Shown piece by piece: positions 1-12,589 of a stretch of 64,000 nucleotides of DNA. Origin of the DNA: the human T2T-CHM13v2.0 reference genome, Homo sapiens. Location of the stretch: NCBI RefSeq assembly GCF_009914755.1, contig NC_060930.1; one strand, given 5' to 3'. A program made the position numbers and the translations under genes. Below the pieces are notes generated by a model. That model did no database searches, had not been told where the DNA came from, and saw only the letters and a list, made by a program, of their open reading frames with translations. Each line of letters opens with the position of its first letter. The stretch's first letter is position 1.

Positions 1-3000
1 ACTGTGTCTTAAACGTCATATGTGATCAGTAAATATTATCTTTCTTTCTTCTCCACTCTGAAGGCCAAGGGCTCAGTCAGCCTCTATTTCAATCTTTTGG
101 CACTTAATTTGAACAAGAAATATGTTTCTCTGTATATTTAGCTTCTACCATATCATACCATATGCTTTTAAGTTTACAGTTTAGGGTTTATATATATACT
201 TACAGTGTGGAAAACACATGTCATAGTACCACAAACATGGTATGACATTATTTTTCATAATGTAAACTGAAAAGATTTGCACCCATAATTCTGAGAACTA
301 ATTTATGGAAAGTTATGACATCATTAGTAAAACTGTTTATTTTCAAGAGTTTTACCTAAAGATAATATCTTAATGAACCTAAACCAACTTGAATCATTTT
401 GCACTCTAGGTCTTGAGTTCTTACATTCTCAAGGATAATTCCATATGCAAACATAAAATACTTCTTCAGCGTTTTACCTTGAAAAGTGACAATTTTCTAG
501 AATTATTGTTCATTAATTGACACCTATGCTTACAAATATTTAGTGACTTTTTAAAAAAGTATTAACGACAAAAACTCATACCGACAAGACTATTATGGAA
601 GCCATTGCATTAATATCATGTATCCACTGGAAAATTAGATGATGTTAAAAATCATCAGAGAGATTAATTAGCGTCATCCACAATTAGAAATGAATTGTGC
701 ACTTCAGTATAATATTCCAGTCATGCCTGGAACTTAGATAGTGATCTTGTACACCCCCACCCCCTACAAGTGATAGAACTAAGTATGTTTTTATAAACAA
801 ATCCTTTGATATTTGTTCCACTTTTGCTGAAAATGTGAACTTGTTAAGAAAAACCAAGAGCACATAGTAGACTATCCTGTAGGTATTGCAGTTTTATTTA
901 TGGAATAGAAATGCAGAATTCCACAGGGAGTGGCATGGAAACATGTTTCTCCCCTAACTCTGTTTCTAGATATGTATAGAATGATTTATTAGAAAACATT
1001 ACATAAACTAATTGAATTGTATCTCCCATGGGAAAATAGGGATAGTTTTTAGACTGCCCAAAGTTCTGTCTCCAGGGTTTCAAGAATCTTTTACTAAATT
1101 AATTAGAAAGCTTAATGGGAAATACAAAGGCAATTTCTTTTTAGAGGAAATCAAATTGTCATTTAAAGTTCTTGATCTTTCCTGGTTTAAAAATTTAAAA
1201 GGATGCCTTTCGTTTTGTTCATCATTTATATTGCTTTGCTATATTCTATTTAATATAATAAAGTGCTTTCCCAAAGAGTTCACTAAAGTAATTTCAGAAA
1301 ATAAAAGATATAAAAGGTTGAGTATTTAGAGAAAGAGATGGAAGCTGGGAGGAATCCTGCAGACCAGGGCAATCTAGACAACAGAGCTTGACCCCAGTGA
1401 TATATTCATTCAACGTGTACTGAAAATATTATGCCAGGAAATGTACAGGAGCATGAAAGGAACAGGGCAGTGATATATTCATTGTGAAATTCTTAGACAG
1501 GGCAAAGTACATACTGGGCTAGTAAATGTGACAGTTATCTCACTGACTCAGTTAGTTGTGTTCTCTCTGAGGGATGTGGTTTAGATCCACAGGGTTGTCC
1601 TGTGATCTCTTAACTGCCTAGAAAAGGAAATTACCCAATGTCATCTTTATCATAACATTTCTCTCATGGCATCACGTTTTATTTTTTAGCATTGGTGTTT
1701 TGGGTAGTGGAATACTTTCCTCAATTAAGATCTTGGAGAAAGGGAAACAGATACAGAGAGAACTACTATTTGAAGAGTGGGAACAGAACACGGTACCTAC
1801 TAAGTCCCTACCATTCCCTCTGCAAAGGCCTATTAACCTTCACAGAATTCCGTGAACTTTGTCCAGTTCTGAATAAAAACTGCTAGTGTAGTCCAGTGTT
1901 TTTAAATGCGTATATTCAAAATCTCATTAATTATATGGGCTTTTACTTTGCAAGCTGCAGGATTGGGCAATCCAAAAGACTGAGAACTTTGATTAGACGT
2001 AACTACGGAATCTGTAGCATTGTAAGTGATGTGGTTGCTGTTGGTAGTAAAAAGAGTCTGGAAAAGGAAATGCAACTTCTCTTACCCCCACTTGTTTTGC
2101 TCTTCTGATCTAGGTTTGGGCTCACTTTTGCATGAGTCGTGATAGGCTTTCCCTAACTTAGGGATTCAAGATTTATGCAGGAGGGCAAATAATGGAATAG
2201 CTAGAGAACAAATACCTAGAGAACATAATGGCATTTATTTAAACAAAAGATACATATACCAATAAGTAATAATCACATTTTGTCAGAACAAATACGTAGG
2301 AAAATATTTCTAATAAACACACAAGTATGGTAGGGCACACACAAACAAATGAGCAAGAGGGGGTCTTAAAAGTAGTGCTAATTATTTTATGCTAGAAATA
2401 GCTAGAATGAACTCAAACTTCTGTACCTAAAACACAGAAAGAATTTTTAAGAGCAATAGACTTAAAATATCTTAAATATCCAAAAAAGGATACTAATTAA
2501 ATAAATATGGTGTTTCCACACAATAGAATATTAATAAGAAGAAAGTAGAACAATATATGGTAGTATAGAATATATATATAATTATATATAAAGTAGAATA
2601 ATTTTCTATGATTGATTAAGTGGAAAAGCAAGGTACTCTGTGTGTGTGTAATGAATGTTCCCATTTTGCAAGATCTTGTTTATTTTAAAGATTTGTTTCT
2701 AATTAAAGGATATCGATATTCTCTAAAATAATTTGTAGGAAAAAGCTGACCATTTGTTGAGGGAGATGGACTCCAACTCAAACCCTCTCCTGGAAAGCAT
2801 TCTGATGGTTCAATCATTTAATTTCAAATAAAAAGAATGAGAAGAACTTGTTAAATAAGTCCCTTTTAAACCTGTCAAAAATCACAGAACCTTTAGAGTC
2901 TGTGTTCAAGTAAATCTGGATACATGAAAATAATTTTCTGAATGCCAGAATCCACTATGTACTAATGAAAGAATAACAAAAAATAGAAAAATATACATGA

Positions 3001-3103
3001 TATACATGGCAGACAAAATGTAAATTATATTAAATAAAAAGCTCATAAATTACAGTCCACACTCAGAGAAACACAAATACATGCACTCATGTGTGCGTAC
3101 TCA

Positions 3104-3491
3104 GTTTTTTACATGCAGGGGATACATGTGCAGCCTTGTTACACGGGTGTATTGCACTTGGGTAGTGAGCATAGCATAAAATAGGTCATTTTTTCGAACC
3201 ATTCTCCTCTCCCTCCACCCTCTTCTAGTCCACAGTGCCTATTAGTCCCATGTTTATCTCCATAGGTGTTGAATGTTTAGCTGTCACTTATAAGTGAGAA
3301 CATATGGTATTTGTTTTTCTGTTCCTGCATTAATTACCTTAGTTTTATGGCCTCCAGCTGCATCCATGTTGCTGTGAAGGACATGACTCATTTTTATCAC
3401 TCTGTAGTTTTCCATGGTGTATATGTACCATATTTTCTTTATCCAATCCACCACTGATGGTCACCTGTGTTGATTCCATGTCTTTGCTATT
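3104..3491 (-). mobile_element. L1 3' end fragment (older L1PA/L1PB type), 5'-truncated
   Basis: Reverse-strand L1 3'UTR motifs (cacttataagtgagaacatatggtatttg; tttctttatccaatccaccactgatgg). Flanked by a degenerate TSD, tactcagtttttt / tacacagtttttt. Confidence 0.85.
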
Positions 3492-3982
3492 TATACACAG
3501 TTTTTTAATTCTTTCCTTTTTATTTAGAGAACTTACATGAGTCCTTGCTTTATGTTAAGTCTGCTCATAGCAATATATTCACTACGAGTTAAAGCACGAA
3601 TTCTCTTATTTCTACTTCATCTGAGAAAGTCACGATTTTTAAATTCTGTAATTAGTTTTTTCCATTTCAGTACATAACATATATTTATAATTTGATATCT
3701 TAAAAATAATACTGCTTCCATGTAAATATACATGGTGCATGAGAAAGATACATGCCATCCTCCTAAGTCTTATCAAACTTGAAAGAAAAATATCTGCTTT
3801 CTATGCTGCCCTACTCACTTTCCTTTTCTGTTTGTGTGTGCATATCCAGAACTTAAATTACATTTTTTTCACTAGTCATGGCATATGTTCTCTCCCCAGG
3901 CATGCATTTGCTCTTCTCCAGCATTAATTCTAATTTTTAAAGCTTCCTTCTAATTGTCACTTGGACAAAAAACAAAACAAAG

Positions 3983-4528
3983 TGTATTAGGTTTCTCTAG
4001 AGAAACAGGACGAATAGGATAGAAGTATATGTGAAAGGGAGTTTATTAAGGAGTACTGACTCACACTATCACAAGGTGAAGTCCTACAATAGGCCGTCTG
4101 CAAGGTGAGGAGCAAGGAAGCCAGTCCGAGTCCCAAAACCTCAAAAGTAGGGAAGCCGACAGTGCAGCCTTCCGTCTGTGGCTGAAGGCCCGAAAGCCCC
4201 TGACAAACCACTGGTGGAAGGTCCAAGAGTCCAAAAGCTGAAGAATTTGGAGTCAAATGTTTGAGGGCAGGAAGCACCCGGCATGGGAGAAAAATGGAGG
4301 CCGGAAGACTCAGCCAGTCTAGTTCTTCCACGTTCTTCTGGCTGCTTTATTCTAGCTGAGCTGGCAGCTGATTAGATTGTACCCACTCAAATTGAGAGTG
4401 GGTCTGTCTTTCCCAGTTCACTGACTCAAATATTAATCTCCTTTGGCAATACTCTCACAGACACACCCAGGAATAATATTTTGCATCCTTCAGTCCAATG
4501 AAGTTGACACTCAATATTAACCATCACA
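3983..4528 (-). mobile_element. MLT2A2-like ERV-L solo LTR
   Basis: Runs tgtattag...gttgacactcaatattaaccatcaca, the reverse complement of the MLT2A start; internal gtcccaaaacctcaaaagtagggaagccgacagtgcagcc. Confidence 0.85.
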
Positions 4529-4959
4529 GCAATTTTGCTTGTCTTGCTGCCCATCCAGCCCTAACATAAACTATATTATTTCCACTCCTAAGGAGGTTCA
4601 CATGTAACACCTTGCCCTATATTGACCCGAGTGCTCTTTTCAGTTAGTACTGCCTATCTTTCTCCATTTTTCTTGCCTCTTTAGCCTTGAAAAACAGTTC
4701 ATGAATCTCCTGCAGAGTGTGTTATCTAAGCATTGCACCATAGAGAAAGCTAAAATAAATAGGGCAGCTAGTAAGTAAGATAGAGAGAGATGTAGATCAC
4801 TTTCCATGTGGAGCTGGTCAGGTAGGAAATATATCTAATGATTATTATATCTCAATTTCTTATAGACATTCAATATCTAAGATTTACAGAATGAATGAGC
4901 AAAATTACATATAGAGTACACTTAATGTATTAGTGAAACATGACAAAATTTTAAAAAAT

Positions 4960-5850
4960 GTATTAAACTATAACAATTATTCTAGATAGTACTGGTGCAA
5001 ATGAAATAAAAAGTAAAGAAACAGAATCGTCCAAAAACTAACCCATATATAGAAATCTATTATATGAAAAGTGGAGCATTCCAAATCAAGAAAGAATTAA
5101 CAGACCCTTTGATAAAATTTCTTGGAAAAAATGATTATACTTAAAAGAAACCATTAAGTTAGATTCCTAGCTTTTATCAATCATAATATATTCACTATGA
5201 GTTAAAGCACTAAAAGTATCACGAATTCTATAATTGTAGATGAGAATATAATAATATATTTAAAATATTACAGTGGGAAGGATTTCTTTGGAGAGCAGCA
5301 AAGCCCAGTTAGGAAGAAAAAGGTAAAGAAAAATATGAAAATCTCACAATTCATAAGCTGTATAAAGTAAGAGTGTCCAGACTTTATAAAAGATTTGCAT
5401 TTTTTCAGAACCTAGTAGATTTTATCTATAATTTAAAATAAGACATACAAATCAAAAAGTAAAGGGCAAGTAATCAAAAAGTAAAAGAGCTATAAGTAGG
5501 CAAGGCACAAAGAACTACAAATGGCAAATAATAGCATGGAAAGGTGTTCAATCTTGATAGTAACCTAGGAAAATATAAATTAAAATAATGACAAATTACA
5601 TTCTCCTCATGAAATTAGTCAACACTTTGCAAAGAGTGATTTCATTTAATAGGATCTAGGTAAGCGGTGTGCTCATACTCTCATCAGGTAAGTGTGGTCT
5701 TCAGTGTTTATTTGGAATACTTTATAGCTATTAAAAAGAATGAATCAGGACTCTTTGCATTTTAATGGAATGATTCCTAAGATATACTTCTAAGACAAAA
5801 AAGTCACTGAGTATAATGAGTTTGCTCTTATGTTAAAATAAAAATATTAG
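4960..5850 (+). mobile_element. Ancient L1M (L1ME-like) ORF2 3' remnant
   Basis: Diverged, A-rich L1 ORF2-like motifs (gtactggtgcaa...acagaatcgtccaaaaactaaccca; aaaggtgttcaatcttgatagtaa). Confidence 0.55.
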
Positions 5851-6189
5851 GAAAAAATCTAGAATCACATAGGTAGAATTTTAAGAATTGCTCTCATAAT
5901 ATTGGCCATGTATGTATATATGTACGCATGCATATATACATACATATGTCAAAAATGTCTATTTACTGATATTTTAATACAAAACTAAGAATATGATATT
6001 TGTACTATTAAGAAATATGGTTTTAGACATTACTTCAGGCAATATTTGCAGTAATGCAAACAAGATGTATGGTTCATTCATTCTCTACTAGGGAATTTAT
6101 TTATTACATTTCCCTTTCCACATCAAGAATAGCTTTCACTATCCAGAACAAAATAAACACAATATCAACAGATAATTATGCTTTTTAAA

Positions 6190-6390
6190 ACTGTGTGTCA
6201 GAAAATGTGCTAATTGTTTTACATGCATTATCTCATTTAATTCTTGCAATAACCTGAGGTAGTTACTGTGATTATTTTTATTGAATAGTCAAAACATAAT
6301 TTCAAAATAAATGTAAATTGAGAACACACAGTAGGTAAGTAGCAATATAGAGTTTCCATCTTGGTTCTCCGTGAATGCATTTAACTACTC
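6190..6390 (-). mobile_element. MIR SINE
   Basis: MIR core on the reverse strand: tttacatgcattatctcatttaattcttgcaataacctgaggtag. Confidence 0.7.
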
Positions 6391-7240
6391 CATCACCCCT
6401 CTCTGGAAGGGCCACTTACTGAATAGTTACTGTGTTTCATGTACATTCTCACACATGACCCTGTGATGTCAGAACTAGTATAGCTATGTTTTACTGACGA
6501 GGGAGAGAGACACAAAGAATGTAATAAAATACCCATGGTTTCACAATGACAAAGGCTTTTAGTTTGTATGCTTCCTCCCTTTACCATGTTATTGTCAATC
6601 AAAAATGATTTGGAAGAACTCCCCAGTATTCCAAAAGGCTCACAAGATAGTCATCCACCAAGAACGGTCACAATTCTCAGTCGACCAACATTTTTCAACA
6701 AATGAGGCATCCTATATAAAATACCATATGTCAATCACACCACATGAGACTCCTGAAGATTGAAAGACATATCCTGAGAATATTAAAGGTGTTGCCCACG
6801 TCTTGATATATGCATCCAGTATTTATATTCTCCTTGTGATATCTGAATTAATTGAATCCTATGTCATCCCTACAGATCCACAGATACCTCTGTCTCCTAA
6901 GACCAGGGAGGACGAGGCAGATGGTAAAATTTAAGCCATCTGAGCAACTGTTGATAATGGATACTTCTAGGATTTAGTTTGGTGGGGCGGTCGGCGGGAG
7001 GGAGGAGAATCGTGGAATTTTGTAACAACAAGAGACAAAGAAAGAAAAGGTGGGGGAAAAAAAGCCATGATTTGTAGTTTTGTTTGGAGCAGCCAAAGAA
7101 TTACACAGAGGAAAGATGAGAGAACAGTTAAATCATCAACAACTGTGGAAGAAATGACTCTGAAACCTACAGCAAGCAATTTGATTTTTCTTTTAAATTA
7201 AATTTTTGTCATATAACTTGAATAAAATTATAAGACTTAC

Positions 7241-7319
7241 ATTAATTTTGATCTTACATTGTGTGCTAGTCCCATCTGCATCACATGAACATGGATATTC
7301 ATTAATAAGTTCTGTGCAC
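7241..7319 (-). CDS. EYS: EYS internal coding exon (79 nt, probably exon 21): (R)CTELINEYPCSCDADGTSTQCKIKIN
   Basis: Acceptor ctgtgtttcAG at 7321-7320, donor AAT|GTAAGT at 7240-7239. AG from the previous exon plus G makes an Arg codon, so the frame continues and completes the EGF repeat. Confidence 0.95.
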
Positions 7320-8246
7320 CTGAAACACAGAATTAGAATTACATTTTCAAATAAGTAGATGTTAAAGCATAACTTCAAGGGAGTTTCACCATTTAAACTT
7401 TTCTTTCCTAGTTCAGGTGAAAAAAGCACTCCCATGAGCAATACAAAGCAGAGTTTATTCCTGGGTTTCTTATCCTTGAAGGTGACTGGACTGAAAAAAC
7501 GGATCAATTTTCATTTTTGCCATTTTCCCCATGGCAATGAAAAGAATGAACAGTTTTAAAAGATAAAAAGTATGTCTAGGGCTTATGTGAGAAACTGAAG
7601 TTAGCTATGGCCAGCCTGCATTGCAATGAGCTGCCAACCTTCTTTCTCTCTTCCCTGCTTACAAAGTAGGTGGCAGGATTATAAAAGAAAACTAACGTGG
7701 AAGCAAGCAGCATGATGCATCTGTGATGCATTCTTCTTTGCCACCTGCATCTTCTAGAAATACCTTCACTCTAGATGTGTATTAACCAATATTTTATCCA
7801 TGATCAGAGCAGTTATTATACAGATTCATAGAGTCATAAAATACTTTTCATACACATAGGGCTGAAAGAACCAGTTTACTTAGGAACATTTTAAATACTG
7901 TGTGGTATTATCTCTCCATAGAGCAAATAATAGAATGTCTCATCATCTTACCTGCTAGTTCTATTACCATGAGCAGTTACCTTTAAGTATATTAAAGTCT
8001 AATTAATCCACATTTATAGAAAATTACTTTATGCTAATGAACAGAAATAAAAGAAGGGCAGAGATAATGTATCAGTACATTGCATTAGCTAAAACTGGCA
8101 GCATCTGTCATCTTAAATGTACTTAGCTCTTGTTTTATGAAAGAGCATAATTAAAATTATCTTTATCAACTTTCCCTTGATGTTAAGTCTTAAATATTGT
8201 GAGTTAAATATACTTTCATAAAGCTAATAATAAAAAAAATAGCTAC

Positions 8247-8418
8247 CTTCCATGTAGACAAGGATTTGAAAGGCAATCATTGGCGTTTGTTTCACAGTGT
8301 GTTCCAAAAAACCCACTCTTGCAGTCACAGGTATAATGATTGATGCCATCGATACAAACTCCATCATGGAGACAGGGCTCTGATAGGCATTCATCTAGAT
8401 TTATTTCACAGTTGATGC
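8247..8418 (-). CDS. EYS: EYS internal coding exon (172 nt, probably exon 20): EGF-like Ca-binding repeats, (G)[56 protein letters not shown](R)
   Basis: ORF 8243..8503 contains a complete 6-Cys EGF repeat with the C-x-D-x4-Y-x-C motif. Acceptor ccaacacAG at 8420-8419, donor AAG|GTAGCT at 8246-8245; phase 1 to phase 2. The peptide matches human EYS as I recall it. Confidence 0.95.
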
Positions 8419-9184
8419 CTGTGTTGGAACAGACAAGGCAAAACATGAAACCATTTAAATACAAAACTCTTAAAAGTTTGTTCATTATGGTAAACATCAC
8501 CAAGAAATGAAGACCTCTCTCTATAATGATAACTTGGTATTTGGTAGCAAAAGAAAATATATTTCAAGGTTAAATATATTTAGGTCTATGAATGTTCAGA
8601 TTACTAATTTAATGTGAATGACAAAAACAAAGCACAAGCTTAATCTACTGAGGAGATTGTTTTTAGTGTGATGTTTGTTGAGAATATTAGTGAAGTAATG
8701 AATTATATCAAGTTGTCACTGTGAATACTAATTCATAATTTTTTTTGTAATGGTCTTTGAGAGTCAAACGTTTATTACCTACAAGAATTAAGAATGAGTT
8801 TGAAGTTTTCTAAATTTGGCTTTAGTGAGTCTATTAATGGGCTCCCTGAGATTTCTAAATGAAATCTAACTTTGGCTAAATACCTGGGATTTTCAAAGGC
8901 CAAGTAGCGAATATTTTTTAAGCACCTACCAAGAACCACCTCTATGCTCAACTAGAGGTACCAAGCCAAAAAATAAACTTCCTGTTCACACAAAAACGTT
9001 TTTAGGGAGGTAATCATTTACAGATAGAAAACACCGAGATGATAACATAAGCAGAGCTTAATGGAAAGCAAGATTGTGTTTCGTATGTTTGAAATATCTG
9101 GAAAGAGCACAGAACCATTGTAGAATTGTTAGAATAATTTCTTTGCCCATTACATCCATTACTAGCAAGCATCTACTAATAAAA

Positions 9185-9400
9185 ACTAGCATTGACTGAG
9201 CACTTATAGGTGTGCCCTGCCCTTAAGGCTTCCTGCACATTATCTTAGCTAATGCTCATCAAACCGATAGGCAGATCTCATTAACCTTAACTCACTGGTG
9301 AGTATTCAGAGTGTAAGTGAAACTTCCAGGTCACACAGGCCATAACAGCAAACAAGAATTTAAATCATGTTTCCTCTGACTTGTGCTTCTGATCATTACT
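9185..9400 (-). mobile_element. MIR SINE
   Basis: attgactgagcacttat...cattatcttagctaatgctca...aacttccaggtcacacag. Confidence 0.6.
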
Positions 9401-10599
9401 TTAAATTACCTACCTTGCAGCTACTCTAATATGTGCATAAGTTGCTATGCTGAGTAATACCGTGGATACCAATTGGAAAACATGGTTCTTGTAGCCAATA
9501 CATAATACCTAGTTGTGAATAAAGATAAGTAATAAGCTTATTACAGTGAAGAAGACAATAATGAAAATAGCTGACATGTGAGGCTCTTACTATGTGCCAG
9601 GTACACTCAATTTCAGAGGTTCATGACATAGTTTTATTTCCCACTCACTCTCCATGACTAGAGTGAGTTACAGATCCTCTTTACATTATCTTCACTCTGA
9701 GACCAATGTTAATGAAGCATACTCTACCTGGGATATTGACATCTGTGTTTAAGAGGAAAAAAGACACTTCCCTTTCATGCTGGGCTTGGTCATATGACAT
9801 AAAATACAGGTGGCTCTTAAGTCTTTCACCTACAAATCAAGTTATACGACTAAGTCCAACAGAAATGGAATGGGAAAGAATGTTTCTCCCACAGGAAAGG
9901 GCACATATTTGTAACAATAAAATTGAGTACAAGCATAATCAATCAAGCTTCTCACTTGTAAATGAGTGTTACTTATTGGTACATCATACGTTTATTGGGA
10001 TGATAGAGTATAGGCATGCATCAAAAACAACCTAGCCAAGGTCTGATACATGTTTAACATTTTATTACTTTCAGGTTCTTGATAAAAATATCACAAACAC
10101 ATTATATTTGATTAGTGATTTGGGTGGTTCCAAAGACACCACCATTCTAACTAGGAAGATAAGTGAAAAGTCTCCGTATCACTATGTAGAATGCTGGCAG
10201 AGTCAGTGCTGAAATTTTCAGTTAAAAAAAGATAGATGGTCAATTTATAACAAAAGTGTGGGGGCAGGGACAGAAAGTGTTAAAAGAGTTTGGGACAGGA
10301 TGCATCCAGCAATGTTGGGAGATGAGGAGATTTGACAAAAGACACTTCACTCTGTTTTTGAAATGTTCTCTCCATAAAAGGCAAACATGTCTCAGTTTAG
10401 CTAGAGACAGCATCATCAAGATTATCTTAGGATCTTTTTTTCCTAATGTTTTATTCATTAATTAAAATTGTGGTTATAATTTGACTTTCTAAGTAGCCTC
10501 CAAAGAGGATAAGAATGGAATAACTAGCCAATGTGAGCATTTTGGTCTCTATAAACCATTCTCATTTTTAACATTATAGTCCTTCAGATTCACACATAT

Positions 10600-11055
10600 C
10601 AAAGTCCCTTTTACCTTTCTAACTTCATCTTATTTTAATCTCACCCTTGACTAGTCTACTTTACTTACATTGACCTCCTTATATTTTCTCAAAAGTTTTA
10701 GGCATGCTGTTCCTAAAAGACCTTTGTACTTTTATTCCCTTTCTAAAAAATCTCTTCCAAATATTTCACAGTTTACATCTTCTTCAGGTTTTTACTCAAA
10801 TGTCACTATCTCAATGAGGACTATTCAACCACACAATACAAAATTGCATTCTCGTCTTAATCCGCAATTGCCATTATCCTGTTTTATGTTTCCCTCCTGT
10901 AACAAGTAATCTCCTTGTAGCATTCCATAAGATGTATTCATCTTTTTTTTCTTTTTCTCTCTATTTCTCCATGACAAGCTTAGCTTCATAAAGGCATAGA
11001 TTTTGTCTGTCTCATTCAAACTGCATACATTCAAATATTTGTTAAAAAATAAATC
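10600..11055 (+). mobile_element. L2 3' end fragment
   Basis: ctcaaatgtcactatctcaatgagg; agcttcataaaggcatagattttgtctgt; tcaaatatttgttaaaaaataaat. Confidence 0.7.
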
Positions 11056-12589
11056 CTTGTCATATACGTGTGTGTGGGTTTATGTGTGCATGTTTTTGTA
11101 TTTTGTTTTACAGATATCTGTTATTTTCTCAGAAATCCCAGCCTCTTCCCAACCACGAACAAAACAGTTCTTGAGAATCTGGGGAAACTGTTAGTCCTTG
11201 CGAAGGTGAGAGTCAGAATCCAATGAGGCGATGGTGATGCCTCTGAGGTGCATAACTAAAAGAGTTGTCTGTGCAGCCAAGGGGAAATATTTAATGGGAC
11301 CTCTGCTTTTTCCCACCTTCAAACAAAGACATGTTCATGTGTGAAAAAAGACACACAGTTGTGGAGGGTCTTGGACTTTGGTTCACAATGATCTCCCACA
11401 AATAATTACCAACCTATTCAAACTCTAAGTTATTCATCTGTAAACTATGAATCAAAATTTCTCTACTGTAGCATAGTAGAGAGATATTCATAAAGTGCAC
11501 ATATATATATATATATATAAATACATATGCTCCCTGATTATTATAACAACAAGATTGTTTATCTTCATAGGATAACAATGCTTTGACATAGCACATCTAA
11601 AAGAAATAATAGTATTTATTAGACATGATCAAAGCCTTGGCTAAAGTCTCAGTCTCAGTTTTTTGCCTACATTGCCTTATATACCAGGTATTTCCTACTG
11701 GTCATTAATTTATCTAATGCATATTTATGTGTCAATCAGAGTTCTAGACTCCTTGCATAGTTCCCTTGACCTGGCATGCATCACTGCCACCTCAATCACA
11801 GCATAGCAGATGATTTTCACAAAATCTAATGATTTCATTATGGACTTCATTTGACAAAAGAAGAACCATGTTCTTTCTTTTTGTTATGTCTAACATATTG
11901 TTCTTTCCACCTACCCTCCTGCCTGCTTTGGAGCTACAGCAATAGTTTATGTTTGAAATAATTTTCAGCTTGTGGTTCTAAAGTTTTTTATTTCATTCAT
12001 AATGCAGGCAATTCCTTTTTTAAGCAGATTGGAAGGTTACCTGTGATATTTGAGTTTTTTTCCTATGATCCCACTTATTTAAAAATCCTCTTTACTAGTC
12101 CGCCTCAACATCTGCCTCCAGATTGAATATTTTCACATAGGAAATTACACAATCCTTTTAGAATCAAGCCATTAAAGTTCATAAACTGATAGGTTTGATC
12201 AGCAAAACATTTTCGTGCATCAACAATATTATAATAGAAATTATATATATTCCTATTATATAAATATATGATTTTATGTATATATATATATATATCTGTC
12301 AATCATCTGTCTTTTTTCAGACTGTGTTTTTTTTTCTTACTTTCTCTTCATTCCCTTTTTACCCAACTTCTTCCCATTTGTCAGCGTTACATGTTTTGAC
12401 AAGTTTTTCAAAAGCACTTTCCTGATTCTTAATTTTTTTCATTTCACATATGAGAACCTCAAAACATACTTTATGAACTCTCCATTGTCCCCAGAAATAA
12501 ATGTAGTCTCCCTAGCCTAAAACCAAATTCTCTGTTCCAATCTTTCCTTTCTTGTCGCTGCTCTGATATTATCAAATACTCTCATCTCC

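Noticed and set aside
898-1329. ORFs 898..1083 and 1012..1329 as a further EYS exon
   Set aside because: No EGF cysteine pattern; the expected next peptide (DCTSIPC..., from memory) is absent, so that exon lies outside the window.
7454-8009. CRX/OTX2-type TAATCC sites (7676, 8004) and an AATAAA (7454-7459, minus strand) in the short intron
   Set aside because: Hexamers expected by chance in AT-rich DNA; I see no clustering or other support.
7193-8503. ORFs 7193..7507 and 8243..8503 as stand-alone proteins
   Set aside because: Only the splice-site-bounded portions are EGF-like; the rest is intronic read-through.
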